This document shows, piece by piece, positions 1 through 14,994 of a DNA stretch of 64,000 bases. This DNA is from Cystobasidiomycetes sp. EMM_F5 (taxonomy: Eukaryota), in contig JBPGPT010000028.1 in assembly GCA_051047955.1 (NCBI GenBank), forward strand, positions 124,001-188,000. Direction: 5' to 3'. Below the pieces are notes generated by a model, which saw only the letters and a list, made by a program, of their open reading frames with translations, searched no databases and was not told the DNA's origin. The first letter of the stretch is position 1. Each line of letters opens with the position of its first letter. The position numbers were made by a program, and so were the translations under genes.

Positions 1-1512
1 GATGTCGAGCGTAACGGTCTTGTCCGCGGCGGTCAATGTCTGACTTACGCCTGGCAATGTGTGAGGCAGAGGTTTGACCAAATTCTCGACAGCAGACAGC
101 GGTGCAGTCTTCTCTCCGGTCATCGACGACTCGGCTGTGATGTGCAGCGGACCGGGTTTTTCGAACTGATGCCTTGTTGGTGTAGGTGCATTGGGTAACG
201 GCATAGCATCTCGATGTATAGGGGTAGGGGGTTGTGAGTCGATCGGCGAGCGCTGATGCCGCTGTGATGCCATGGCAGCGGCCGCATCCGCTGCTGTCTC
301 AGCTGAATCGTAGCCACCTGCCGACTTGCTGGTTTGTAACGAGACCTTCGTTTGGAGATGCGATTTTGGGTTCACTTTTCCAATCGGAGCTGGAGCCTCG
401 TGCATTACGCCTATATCTCCCGAATCATCGTAGACAGCCGTTGTTGAGCGTGTAACGTCCTTTTCGCTATACGGCGGTGCAGGGCCCTCGTCGAGGGAGT
501 CAGTTCCGTTGGCTGGCTCGGCGGTATGTTCGACATGCTCTTTCTCCTTATCTACAGCTTCCTGAGCAGCTCTCTTCCGCTCTTCCTCGACTTCCTGTGC
601 AAACTCTGGGTCGTATTCTGGGTTTGGTACTGTATGCGTGGTCATCAGGGATGGCACTAGATCTGCCGAAGTCACTCCGTGTTCTGCTAGTTGCTCAATC
701 ATGCGTTGCTCTGCGTTTTAGGCAGTAAAATAAGCGTTTGCGACTTGTTAGCACGTCCGAGACATACCTGCACTCTCAATCTCCATGTGTTGATACAGTC
801 TGCCCATGATACGTGTGGCCCAATCGTCGGTACTCTCCCTCGCAGGCTGCAATTCCTTCACGCCTCTGAGCGTGCTTGCCATCTCTCGCGTGACAATCCT
901 GCAGAGGCCGACGTAGGCTATCCTCTGCGCCTCGGTCAGCATCGTCTTTGTCGTCTGCATCTGAGCGAGGGGGGTCATTCCAGCGTTGTCGTCGAATAGA
1001 TACTGCGTCTTTGTGTGCATCTCGTCCTCGTCGGGGTCCTCGTCGACCATCAGTCGCGTATAGTCCTGCTCGTCGACGCGGCTCTTCTCCCTCCACTCTG
1101 CGCCATCGTCGTCAAAGTCGATGAGGCTCCCTGTCGCGTTAGCATTCACTTTCGACGAGCTGGCCGTGGTGCTCGAGCTCGACGTTGCGGCAGTATGGCC
1201 CGCCGAGTCTTTGATATCGACAATCCGTGCATGAACTGCCAGACTTGCTGGGCCGGGCTGCCTGTTTTGGTGCTTCTGCCTACGCCGTCTCCGCCTGTCG
1301 AGGTCGTCCAGACGGTCATCATCGTCGTCGTCGTCGTCGTCGTCGTTGGCTTCCTGGCTGCTGGTCACGGCGACTGGGCCATTATCAATGCGATCCACGT
1401 CCTCGTCGTAGGCGCGCCAGCCAGACCTGAGCGTGTCCTTTGCGGCCTTGTCCGTCGACCGCAGTACTGGCATATCCTGCCATTCCGAGTCATCATCGTC
1501 CCACATTCCCAC
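1..1512 (-). CDS. DUF726-family (TMCO4/Mil1-like) membrane protein, 3' end runs off the window
   Basis: ORF 748..1512 has an acidic N-terminus and the segment MTPLAQMQTTKTMLTEAQRIAYVGLCR. After a GTATGT..CAG intron (~767-711) it continues as EQRMIEQLAEHGVTSADLVPSL. Family assigned from remembered similarity to fungal DUF726 proteins. Confidence 0.7.
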
Positions 1513-1862
1513 ATGAATTGGTGCAGAAACGAAACATGACTGGGGGATGCTGATGTCTCACATGGCAAAATACGAGATATATCGAATACAACACGAGCAA
1601 GGTCACCGGACTGTCCTTAGAAGACTACTGATGCATCCTCGAGCCCGTCCGAATGGCCGCTGAGGCTCTGCTGGATAAAACTTACACCGCACCTACACAG
1701 CTAACCATTCCCGCTCACTCGCCTCGTCAGTAGAAATGGGAGCGTTATTGCTCTACTCTGTACCGCTGACATTACAGTGGTCGAAGGCTCGCGTGTGCAA
1801 AAGTCTCGAGTAGGCGATTCAGACGAGTTTAGCCCTAGAGATCCGCAATCCCGCATATCACC

Positions 1863-2661
1863 ATGGGTATCCGCCTTAGCGTCAATCCTGCCGTCACGGT
1901 CCGAGCTCTCCTACTATGTCTCATCACCCTGTCGGCGGTTTATGGAGGCCTCTTTGCAGAGCTGATGATATACTCACTTTCAAAGGGCCAATTCCCTATG
2001 CAGCAGGTTAATACTATAAACCGCGACGATGCGAGATCCGGCGCTGACATATAGTCTCCTTTAGATCCACATTGCGCAAATTTGCACCTGGGTCATTGTT
2101 GGGATTGCTTTCCTCATTGTGCTAGCCAGCTTCTTCTCTGTCGCTAAGCCAGAGACGGCAGCGACTGCACAAGAAGCGGGACAGGTACGGACTGAGACCG
2201 TCGTGGATGCATCGACGCGACCCATGTCTGGCAAGGAGCGGCCTCGTTTGCGTCGGGATGCACAATCGCAGCGACCCTTCATTCCACTACACAGCAGTCC
2301 GACACAGGATCGATTCGTAGTCACGTCGCCAGCTCAAGCCGCTGCTTCTGCACCCTCTGCACCATTACGACCTCCGACTATTGTTCATCGGATTCCTGCT
2401 CCTGGACCTGCTCAAGCACCCACTGTCACCGAAGAAGCTGCGACCGCCCCCGCTCCGGCCATCAACGTTCGCTCCGGATGGCCTGTCACTATCGATCCGG
2501 CCGTTGAGGCAGAAAGCACTGCACCCGGTATTACGTTCCAGCCAGAAACGAGCGAGAGTAATTTCATGCAAGAAATACCCCGCTTTTATGGACTGGGTCG
2601 CGAGCGTGATTACGAGAGAGGCTTATTCTTTGGCTCCGGTCCTGTAGTAGCAGGCCGTTAG
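1863..2661 (+). CDS. Hypothetical small membrane protein (two hydrophobic segments, Pro/Ala-rich tail)
   Basis: Hydrophobic MGIRLSVNPAVTVRALLLCLITLSA can be joined via two plausible introns (GCTGAT/GCTGAC branch points) to ICTWVIVGIAFLIVLASFF and ORF 2119..2661. No family recognised. Confidence 0.4.
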
Positions 2662-2850
2662 ATAAAATTGCCCCCTGTGACGATGCCATTATGAATCACG
2701 AAATATATTTAGTCCGACTCGAAATCGTAACCAACTGCACTTTGACTTTAAAGCTGGCTTGTACTGCTGATATCTCGTCGTACACGACTATGATACATGA
2801 CATGCTCTACTGCTTCAGCAAAAACCCTTGCACGGACGCCGATGGTACTG

Positions 2851-4363
<1,513 letters not shown>

Positions 4364-4420
4364 GGTTTCGATATATCTGATTGGTTTTCAGGCAACCTGG
4401 GTTGTTTCAGGACCGATACC

Positions 4421-6568
4421 ATGAAAGGCCTGGACAATGATAACGACGACGGAAACGCATCGAGTCGCAGTGGTATCTCCCGCAAAAGCTATGCTATGCC
4501 CGCCCTGCTCGCAGCGCTGGCCTTGTCGGCATCAACGCTCTGGTTGTCAAACTTACCTTCATCAAACAAGCATTCAAGACCGACATGTCCAGCTCAGGTG
4601 TCGCCAATAGTCCCCGCCATAGAGTTTGGAAGACTTGAAGACTCGGTGTACGCAGATGAAGCAGCGCACCGTTTGGCGAGAGCAGTCTCGTTTGCTACAG
4701 TCTCCTACGACGACGGGGGACCCGTTGAAACCGATGTGAATAGCTTCTACCCTGTTGAAATGCAGACAATAAAACACTTCTAACGTACTGAATGGTTGCG
4801 CAGCCTCGTTGGAGTATCTTTCATCCATTCCGGGAGTTTCTATTCGAGACGTTTTCTCCAGTCTTCGCCCATCCTTCAGTCACGCTCGAGACAGTCAACA
4901 CACTGGGGATCCTTACCATAGTGCACGGCTCTGATTCTTCCCTCAAGCCCCTGATGCTCACGAGCCACTTTGACGTGGTGCCAGTCGAGATGCAGACCAT
5001 TGCACAATGGACGCATCCTCCCTTTGCCGGCGTGTACGACGGGAAATTCATCTGGGGCCGTGGAGCATCGTACGTATTCCTTCGCTTCGTTCAAGACACC
5101 TCTAGCTAACTGTTTGCGCTTAAGCGACTGCAAGAGGTCAGGACTAAATAGCCGTACTGTTGACTCGCACAGCTGAAACTACAAGCAGCTTGATGCTAGC
5201 TCAATACGAAGCACTCACTCTGTTGTTCAGTCAAGGATGGCAGCCAAGACGGTCCGTTGTGCTCGCACACGGGTTTGACGAAGAAACTTCTGGCGAGCAA
5301 GGCGCCTTGCAGCTTTCAAAACGTCTCGAAGAGCTGTACGGTCCATCTGGCATACTACTGCTCATTGATGAAGGAACCGATACCTTGCGTCAATTTGGGA
5401 CTGCATTCGCTATCCCAGCGACCACCGAAAAGTCAGTCTGTCTGTAGGCAGTATCCTCAATAGACGCAGACTGCTGACAATCGCTTGCAGGGGCTACATC
5501 GATGTACAGGTGACCGTTGGAACACAGGGCGGACACAGCTCTGTACCACCTGCGCATACCGGAATTGGAATCATGTCGCAAATTGTAGAGGCCATAGAAG
5601 CCAACCCCTTCCAGCCTGCATTTGCCGGCACACAGGATCCCATTTTGCAGTTTCTCGCCTGCGCTGATCAGCATGCCAAGAACTTCCCGTCATCCTGGCG
5701 CACGAGTCTTCGAAAGGGCGATTTTGTCGCGCTTGCAAAGCAGTATGCTCGCAGTGATCCCGAAGCTAATGGTAAGTAGCTGCTTCGGGTAAGTATCCGG
5801 ACACTGCTAACATGTCTCGCTTCAGCTTTGATAAGCACAACGACTGCTGTCGATATCATTTCAGGCGGTGTCAAGGTAAATGCCTTGCCGGAGGTCGTTA
5901 CAGCAATCATGTAAGTGTAGGAGCAGCTGCATCCAGAATCGATATGCTGATCAAATGGCCCGCAGCAATCACCGTATTGGGTTTGCTGACACGGTCAAGG
6001 ACGTTCAAAGTCATCTTTCGAAAGTGATAGAGCCTATAAGCAGACACCATAATCTGTCTTTCCGCGCGTTTGCAAACGCGTCCACCTCGTCGAGCTATAA
6101 TTCACCTTATATCTCCTTAGAGGCTGCACTTTCGCAGCCTTTCGACCCAGCGCCGCATTCTCCGACAAGCGGTCCAATCTGGGACGTGTTCTCTGGTTCA
6201 ATCAGATATGTATTGAAGGATGTCAAGAACGCCAATGTGCCTTTTGTCGTCTCCCCGTTTGCATCAACTGGAAACACGGATACTGGCAGGTATCAGCATC
6301 TCACGGACGCAATCTATCGATATGCTGGAGGAGATCTGGTAGACTATGACAGTAATGAGCATAGTGAGTTCGAATATGATCAGAAAGTCTTGGGTACTGA
6401 CATCGACATCCGTAACAGCTGTTGATGAGAAGACAAGCGTCAAGAACCACGTCAAGATTATTGAATGGCTTCATGCCATGATACAAAACGCCGTAAGCAC
6501 ACTATTGCCGTCGTTCTCCTTGCCTGCCGCTAATTGTGCAATGTTAGGACGCGCTCGATGCGAATTAG
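4421..6568 (+). CDS. CPS1: Gly-Xaa carboxypeptidase S-like M20 metallopeptidase (paralog A, 8 introns)
   Basis: N-terminal hydrophobic anchor, CPAQV, SHFDVVP, WGRGASDCK (spliced), GFDEE, DEG, GGHSS, GGVKVNALPE, GNTDT, HTVDE. The start could instead be a downstream Met (MPALLAAL). Confidence 0.9.
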
Positions 6569-6684
6569 GAGCAGTCGTTAGTGCAGTAGCAGTCCGCAGA
6601 GAAAGTAGACGTTTGTGCGATGTATCTGTCGTGTCTCCAAGTTGCGCAATGCATCGTACTTGTCTTTTGATCTTCAGCAACCAG

Positions 6685-9600
6685 ATGGACCGCCATGTCG
6701 CTGAACTGCTGGCTGCCACGCTGTCTGCAGATGCAAATATCCGCCAGCATGGGGAGCACAGTCTTGCTGAGCTGACGGGCAGCGATGGTGTGTACTTTGC
6801 AATGGATTGCTGATTCCACGCGTATTGCTGACTGCGCGTAAACAATGGCCATGTATTGCCAGCGGCGACGAGCGAGCAGGCTGGATTGATATTTGCGCAG
6901 CTATGCCTGGCTCAGAACGTCGATATAGCTGTCCGCCAGAGCGCTGGACTGGCGCTGAAGCGGTACATACGCAACCACTGGTCAATCGGATTCGAAAGCT
7001 TTCTGGGAAACCCGCCAAGTCTGCCAGTACGGCCACCCAGCGCCAAGAATGTGCAGAATTGAGTATACAATGACTGACTGAGTCTTTTTGTCGCTTTCCA
7101 TCAGGCCAAGAATCACATCCGACAGACAGTTTTCGCAGGATTGAGTGACCCCGCTCGACGTATTCGACTGGCTTGTGTAAGAAGATTCAGCTAATGGAAA
7201 GCGACGAATAAAAAACCCTCTGACTTGAAGACGACTCAAGGCAAATGTCGTCTCGGAAATCGCATCATCCGACTGGCCGGAAGAATGGCCAAGTCTGCTC
7301 GATGAATTGGTACAGCTCCTAGCAGATGGTCATCCTGACGCTGTCCACGGGGCAATGCGCGTCATGACAGACTTTGTGTCGACCGACTTGGCTGAAGATC
7401 AGTTGCTACCTTTGGCCAACGCCATCCTGCCTCAATTACTCAAGATCGTCACTGCAGATCAGGTGGGTCGCTCCCTCAGCATAGGGATACATGTGTTGAT
7501 GTAGTCCACCCGCTGCTACAGCATTCGGCAGCTACTCGAGCGGACGCAGTGTCTGTCTTCGAGCAATGCCTAGCTACACTTTTCATGGTCAAGGAAAGTC
7601 ATCCAGAGGCCGCCAAATACGCAACAGGGCATGTCCTACCCCAATGGATCCAGGTATTCAAGAGTCTCCTTCAGATCACAATCCCTGTGCAAGGAGATGC
7701 GACGGCCCTATACATCTGCAACGAGATTTTTCAGGTAGGCTGAATGATGCCGAGCTTGCCGACTATGAGCCTAAAACCGCATGGACGGACCGTTGTTACA
7801 GACTCTGTGCACCGTTCTGGTCTCGTTTCCGAAGACGCTATCGGAAGATATCGTTACTTTTGTTGACGAGGGTAGCAGATATTTGCACACTCTGGCAGAA
7901 ACGTATCGATCAGCATGTCTCAACGATGAGGCGGATACTGATTTTAATATCTCGTCCGATGACGGCCAAGATCTTTCGTTATCGAGGTTTCTTGGCACAA
8001 TAATAGAATTTCTAGCATCAACGTCAAGGAAGGCACTCGGCAGGCACATTCTCGTCTCAACATCCGCAGACGGCACAAACCAGTCGACTGCTATTCTGCA
8101 GAACATGACTAGACTCGCAATCTTTTACGGACAGCTGACGTCGGACGATGAAGACAAGTGGCTAACAGATGTCGGTGCGTTCGTTGCAGACGAAGACGAG
8201 GAGCTGCCTGCTGCCACTCTACGTGCAGCGTGCCTCGATCTGATGAGCGGCATCTTTGTATCGTTTCCGGACGTCATGTCGACCATTTTGTTGCAATCGG
8301 TCGCTCAGGAGGCGCAAGCTTCTTATGCCTCGGCGACTGCGCCCGACTCCTGGAGGTCGCTCGAGAGTGCTCTCACTCAGCTTGGTAGTGCCTCGGAGGA
8401 AGTCCTCGCACAGCTTGAGCAGGCAAATACGTCAGCTACGGCATCGAATTTAGCAAGTGAACTTGGCAGGATTTTCGATATCGCAGTCACACCGAATCTC
8501 GTCCGGACTGGTGAGTTCGGATATGCTAAGAATCGTGTCAACGAGTCTGATCCACAATGCTGGCCAGGCATGCCATTCTTGCAAGGGCGGGCGATGATTG
8601 TTGCAAGTCTTTTCGCGGCGTATATGCCTGACGAAGTGCAGCAGCGTCTCCTGATGACTTCGCTACATACCTTCGAAGACGCACAAGCGGGGCTGGTCGT
8701 CAAGGTTTGTGCGTTGAGGGCGCTGAAGAAGTACGTACAACGTTGTCGCTCTTTTGCCCAGAAGGTAACAGCTGCACAACCGCCGCAGTCTCTTTCAGTT
8801 ACTTCCCGACTCGCCTCAATTGACGAGCCTGGCAGATCGCATAGTTGCGGACTTGCTTCCCTTGATCGGTCAAACGTCTGGAGCCACTCAAATACTCATT
8901 CTGGAGACACTGCAACGGTCGCTGAATCAAAGGAATACGCTAAATGATCCTACACTTTGTCACAGTGTGGCTAGATCACTTCTCGGCCCAATCACCGGCG
9001 ACTCTGTAAATGGTGAGTCTTCTAGTACGCAGGAGCGGAAAGACATGCTGACCGTCGGACCCGTAGACCCTTTACTATCCTCCGTGTTATGCGACGTATA
9101 TCGTTCCTTTGCTACCTCGAAAGAACCGGCAGTCGAACAGGCTGTCTTGGATACACTTCTGCCACAGTTGTCCAGCTATATAGCCCAGCCAGAGAACGAC
9201 GAGACCCGATCTGCAGTGACGGCAGCAGTCTTGGCGCTGAACAGTATATTTGACGGCAAATCAGGAAATCTCGGCTTTTCAATAGTGGCGCAATCGCTCT
9301 TCGGCTTGTTACAACGAACGGACGACGACAGCATCCTTCAGGAAGGCTTGGAATGTCTGACCTACGTGGTAAGAAAGGATGTTGACTCGCTTATACAATG
9401 GTGAGTGCCGGGGATGCCGTGACAGGACAGCCTTATTGAGCATGTATTCCAGGCAATCTAGCTCTGGAGAATCGGGTCTTGCTGCTCTATTTAGCGTCAT
9501 AGCTCGATGTCTGGATCCCAGTCGTTCAGAATCAGGCGGACTGTTTGTTGGAGATCTGCTACTCCACGTATTCCGTAAAGCTGGACCCCTGGTGCTCCCA

Positions 9601-10704
9601 GTTTTGCCGGATCTTCTCAAAGCGCTCGTTGTGCGACTTGCGACCGCAGTTACAGCGACTTTTTCCCAAAGTCTCATCCTCCCTTTTGCATACTTGATGC
9701 ATTCGCAGGTCGATGCGGTGCTAGATTTACTGGAAAATATCCATGTTCACAACGACAGCGGTGTCAAGGTCCTACTCACTGCCTGGTCGGACGTGATTGA
9801 TATGATACAAGGCTTTTGGAGCATTCGCGTCTGGTATGCTATGCATCATCATAAAAGATAGCCAGACTTAGCTAAAGCTTCATGTTCGCAGCACTGTCGC
9901 CCTGAGCACTATGCTGCCATGTCACCGTCAGAGCGTTGACGCCGTTTACGTAAAAGGCGATCTCATAGTGACCGAGCATACTTCACGAAGTGAGTAGAAT
10001 GTTGTTTTCATTTGACTTCAGGATAAAGCGCAAGGTAATGTATTTGCTGTGTCTAGCCATTATGACACGCTCGAGGGCGAAAAAGAGTACGTGATCAGGC
10101 ATATTGAATGTTTGAACATCACAATTGAACGCAGCTTCCCGCGCGCAGATCCAGATCAGTACACTCAGATACCATTCCGTGCAAAAGCATTGAAGACTCT
10201 CTTAAAAGATCTTGACCAAGCACGTCAAGCTCACACTTCAGCGAACAACGATGTACTCGAAGATGACGATGTGAGTTTTGATTCTGTCGTAGCGGCTGCA
10301 GCATCGATTCATTCGGCATTGCAGGACGAGGAATGGGAGGAGGACGCGGCTGCGGAGTCACTCAAGGACACGATCGATTTGACTCGTACGTCTTCCAGTG
10401 GGTCAGAGCTCGTGCAAGGCTAAGGTGTTCCATCAGACTTTATTGGAGGTGACGCTTCAGCCCTGTTCGGAAATGGTGATTTGGATGACGAGGACGACGA
10501 GGACCTCAAGTCTGATCCCCTATACACATTGGACGTGCCGGTGTGTCGATATCTGTTTGCTCATAACCCAAGCTGACTGCCTCAGCGGTATAGACACTGA
10601 TTGCGGAAAGTGTTAAGTCGTTCGCAACCTCAGATCCCGCCACGTTTCAGGCGTGTCAACCGCTTCTCAATGCGAGCGAGTTGCATACACTACACTCGTT
10701 GTGA
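6685..10704 (+). CDS. KAP114: Importin-9 / Kap114-like karyopherin beta
   Basis: IBN_N-like start (LLAATLSADANIRQHGE...VRQSAGLALKRYIRNHWS), SDWPEEWPSLL, SESGGLFVGDL, TFSQSLILPFAYL, IMTRSRAKK..PDQYTQIPF and an acidic C-terminal loop. Many short introns. Confidence 0.85.
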
Positions 10705-10992
10705 TTGTATTTACAAAATGTACGGGTCAGTCAGCTGTTGTTGTTTCGCTTCACTACTCTGCATTTGATCTACGCACTTAAGCGGTTCCAGTAATTGCCG
10801 AAAATGGGAATCTAGTCAAACCGACAAATCCGCCGGGGTCTCCGCGATTATTTTGCCTAATGGGGCAAACGCCCTGGGCCGGCTAAACGGCAACAGCGGG
10901 GGGAAAGAAACGCGTTTCAAAAATGCAAACGCAGCAGCTTTCTGTGCTTTGTTCTGATTGTTCAGCATAAAATCACCCACTCGGCGGTTGAC

Positions 10993-12530
10993 ATGTCCGA
11001 AGACAAGATCAAGGTCACCATTATCGGCGCAGGTAAGTCCGCAATTCCCACGTCTGTGTACTGCGACTAAGTGTTGATTCGTCTCAGGTTTGGGAGGTCT
11101 GGCTGCTGCTCTCTCCATACAAAACGACCGATATCAAGTCACCGTTGTCGAAGCGGCCGCTGTTCTTGCAGAAGTCGGTGCTGGTGTTCAGATTGTAAGG
11201 GCATCACGCCGGAGACCCCGTACGCCTGCATTTCTGACCATGTCGTCACGTCCAGACCCCGCAGACCGTGCGATCATTCAAGAAATGGGGCATACACGAA
11301 CAATTAGAGCCACACGCGGCCAAGCCCGTCGCTTTCGTCATACACCGCTACTCTGACGGCAAGGTGTTAGCCGAAGAGCCAGACTGGAAAGGCTGGCAGG
11401 AGCGAGAATTTGGCGCAGCAGTCTGGGATCTACATCGCGCAGATATGCAAACGACAATGTACAATAAAGCAAAAGAGATAGGAGTCGCCTTCAGATTCGG
11501 ATGCTATGTGACCGACATCGATTGCGAGAATGGATCTCTTACCCTGAAGGTACGCCTCGACAGGCGTGGACTGAGCGAGCCTATAGCTGATATGTGATGC
11601 TGCTTCTTGCTTGCTACACAGTCTGGCGAGGTCATAACGGCCGACCTACTCGTTGGAGCTGATGGCATTGCTTCAAGAGCAAGGCAAGCTCTGCTCGGCA
11701 GAGAAGACCCGCCTTTGCCAACTGGTGACTTGGCTTATCGCATCGTCTTGAACGAAGACGAGGTTCCCGACCCGGAAATGCGCGAAATGATGACAGTACC
11801 GGCGTGCCGACTCTATGCTGGCCCCGGTTCACACGTCATCATGTACTCGCTCAAAGGCGGCAAGCAGATGAATATTGTCCTTCTAACACCCGACAACTTG
11901 CCGGCCGAAGTGAAGAGGCAAGCGGCCGACCTTGACGAGATGATGGCTCTGTTTGCAGACTGGGATCCGCTTTTAAGGAAATTCTTGGGCTTGGTCAAAG
12001 GCGTGGACAAATGGCGCTTGATGCATCGTGAGTACTATGATGTTGCTCACCTGAAAGAAGACAAAATTTGAGGCTGATTTGTCTGCGCAGACGGAGGGCT
12101 GGAGACATGGCATCATCCGAAAGGCAAATTTGTAATGATGGGCGATGCTGTACACCCAATGCTGCCGTACCTGGCTCAGGGTGCTAATAGTGCTGTGGAG
12201 GATGGTGTCGTGCTCGGCAATTGCTTACACAAGGTATCTTCGCGAGCGGATCTGCCGGTCGCCGTGAAGGTTTTTGAAGCTCTTCGGAAACCAAGGAGCG
12301 AGCGTGTCGTCAAGCTCACGCATCAACAACGGCACTGGAATCACCTGGAGAATGGGCCGGAACAAGAGGAGCGTGATGCTTTGATGGCCGAACAAATGAA
12401 GAACGGCAGAGATAGTAAATTCCCCTCTGCTTGGATCAATCCCGAGCTGTGGGGGATGCTCTGCTCGTTCTCTCCCGACGAGGAGGTCGACGAGAAGTGG
12501 GAGAGCCTCGCGAAGCAGTTCAGGGCGTGA
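10993..12530 (+). CDS. FAD-dependent monooxygenase (salicylate hydroxylase-like, group A)
   Basis: Spliced IIGAGLGGL (GxGxxG), EVGAGVQI, LHRAD, LLVGADG and MGDAVHPMLPYLAQGANSAVEDG fingerprints. Confidence 0.9.
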
Positions 12531-12830
12531 TGCAGACTTGTTGGCGGTCAGTACCTTTGTCAATGTTGTGCTTAATTGTGGCGAACCTATCGGAAAACTC
12601 GAAAGTCAACCTTGAACCACCAGACCTGGCTCGCATTTGCTGACTACTGACGTGCGCTGCAGACTAACACTTTACCGCTGGTTGCTGGAATATTGTTTGT
12701 AGGATTCCTGGTGTTCCCGCACCCGGCTGGCCGCGACTGACACGTGCCTGGACTGACCCACAGCCCAAGACTTGCGACTTTCGACGCACCTTGGCTCTGT
12801 TCACCGCACTTCCATCCAAGATATTGCACA

Positions 12831-14559
12831 ATGACCACACATATCGCACTCCGAACAGCTGCAATGGCCATCCGACCGACATTCGAGATCCGCCACTCGG
12901 CTTTGGTCGGACTAAGGGCTGCTTCGTCGAGCCATTTTCAGTGCTTGCATGCATGCAGAGGATACGCCTCGTCGTCGTCTCCTGTTCAGCGTTCCGCCGT
13001 GGCCGTCGCCAATCCGCCGACTGCCGCTGAAGTAGCAGACTCGTCAATCAAGACCGAGATCCCGACCATTTCGCAGAAGCAGCCCATCTCCAACCTGGAT
13101 CAGAGTCAAGATTGGGGTGGGTCGAATTTGTTGTATACGTCTTGTAAGATAATTAAGCTGACGCGACTGCTCTCACGACAGTCCTGTACCATCCAGTCTA
13201 TACAGAGGAACAGGTCAAGGCTGTCAAGGCGAGTACTCACATAGGACAAGACACGACATTCTGAGGCTCATGGTGCACGCACCCATTCTTGCGGTTCAGG
13301 TTGTTCACCACGAAGCGAAGAATGTCAGCGACAGGTTCGCCAGGTCACTCGTAAAGATGGCACGATATGGTTTCGATCTCGTTACGGGCTACAAGCATGC
13401 GTCACCCGATGCTGCTCTAAAAACTGCGGCTGCCAGAGGCCAGACCAATCTCTCTCTAGAAGAGATGCGCAAGATGGGGTTGGTGATGGATCCAAAACAA
13501 TGGTTGAGTGTACGTGGGCTTTGCTTCTATAGCATGTTCTGAGGAGAAGCTCAGTCCAAATTTGAATGGATCAGCGTATAATCTTCTTGGAGTCCATCGC
13601 CGGCGTTCCAGGTGAGCCCTCCGCAAGCAACGAGCGTAAAGCCGATTACGAAACTGACATTGTATTCTACTACAGGCATGGTTGGCGGCGTCTTGCGGCA
13701 TCTACGTTCACTACGCCTGATGAAGAGAGATGGAGGGCAAGTTCAAGAGATTCGTTCCCGACAGATCACCAGCTAATGGAACTATTTCATAATTAGGTTC
13801 ATACATCAACTCATTGAAGAAGCAGAAAATGAGAGGATGGTCAGTGCCTTGTTTCCTAGATCAATCAACACTCTCTGCTGATTTTTCTGTCCCCGCAGCA
13901 CCTGTTGACTTTCATGAAGATTGCTCAACCGACCTGGTTAATGCGTGCCTTCATCTTTGCGGCGCAAGGCGTGTTCTACAATGCGTTCTTCCTAGGCTAT
14001 CTTATCTCACCAAAGACTGCACATCGCTTCGTTGGGAGCCTTGAAGAAGAAGCAGGTGAATTTACATGTTATGTGGCACGGGAGTTCCAACGACTGATTT
14101 GACCTAAATTGGTAGTCTACACATACACCGTGGCGATTCAAGAGTTAGAAGCAGGACGTCTGCCTGAATGGGAGAACCTTGCAGCTCCTAGGATAGCGCT
14201 CGATTACTGGCGGATGAAGGAGGATGCAAAGATGTTGGACCTCTTGTACGCTGTCCGAGCAGACGAAGCCGGCCACAGATTCACAAATCATACCTTTGCT
14301 AATGTGAAGGACCAAGACTTTAATCCTTTCGGCATTAAAGAACCAGATACCAAAAGTAGGTTGGGCATTCTACCTACGAGTGGAGGCACGATCCGATAAT
14401 GATCTGCTTGTAGTTCAAAGCGCTTCTGCTGGCTTTACGCGTGAGGAAGCAATGAAGTGGTATGGTGAAACATCCGAGGAGTTGCGGCGCGCCCAGCGTG
14501 CAAGAACAGAAGCTTCAACTAAGGACGCGAAACAAAGCGAGGCAATCAGCACCCCATAA
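12831..14559 (+). CDS. AOX: Mitochondrial alternative oxidase (8 introns, two GC-AG)
   Basis: Arg/Ser/Ala-rich presequence and the diiron motifs [29 protein letters not shown] and RADEAGHR. Confidence 0.95.
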
Positions 14560-14994
14560 TGCAGTTGCACGGTCGACTACATGGATCGTGGCTAGTATGG
14601 TCTTGCATTAGTAGTGTACCCTACTCAAATTTTCAGTAGAGACGAAGGATTTACGCATTGAGGTATACAGTGGTAAGAGAAGAGCTACAATCTGTTTTGT
14701 GAGAGTACAAAGTCCGCGACAGTTGAAGCGCATGTAAGGAAAACTAGAGCAATCAAAAGGGAGTCAGCACTGTCTCCTGGCCGCACTTCACGCTGAGCGG
14801 ACAGTCGTGAGAGCTCGATATCAGTCGCAAATATATATAATGTACGCATGTGGATTGCTCCAATTGTACTCATTAAATCAGTATTATTTTGTTTGTGGAT
14901 GCATCATTTGTGATTCCTTCGTAAATACGGACGACGCTTGCCAACTAAAACTCACCAGATACAAAGTACGACGCAGCGCCTTACGTGCAGCATG

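Noticed and set aside
1320..1345. (GTC)n triplet repeat
   Set aside because: It simply encodes a poly-Asp tract in the DUF726 protein.
10993..14559. Salicylate hydroxylase-like gene next to AOX as a functional cluster
   Set aside because: Adjacency only. The substrate is unknown and no transporter or regulator is nearby.
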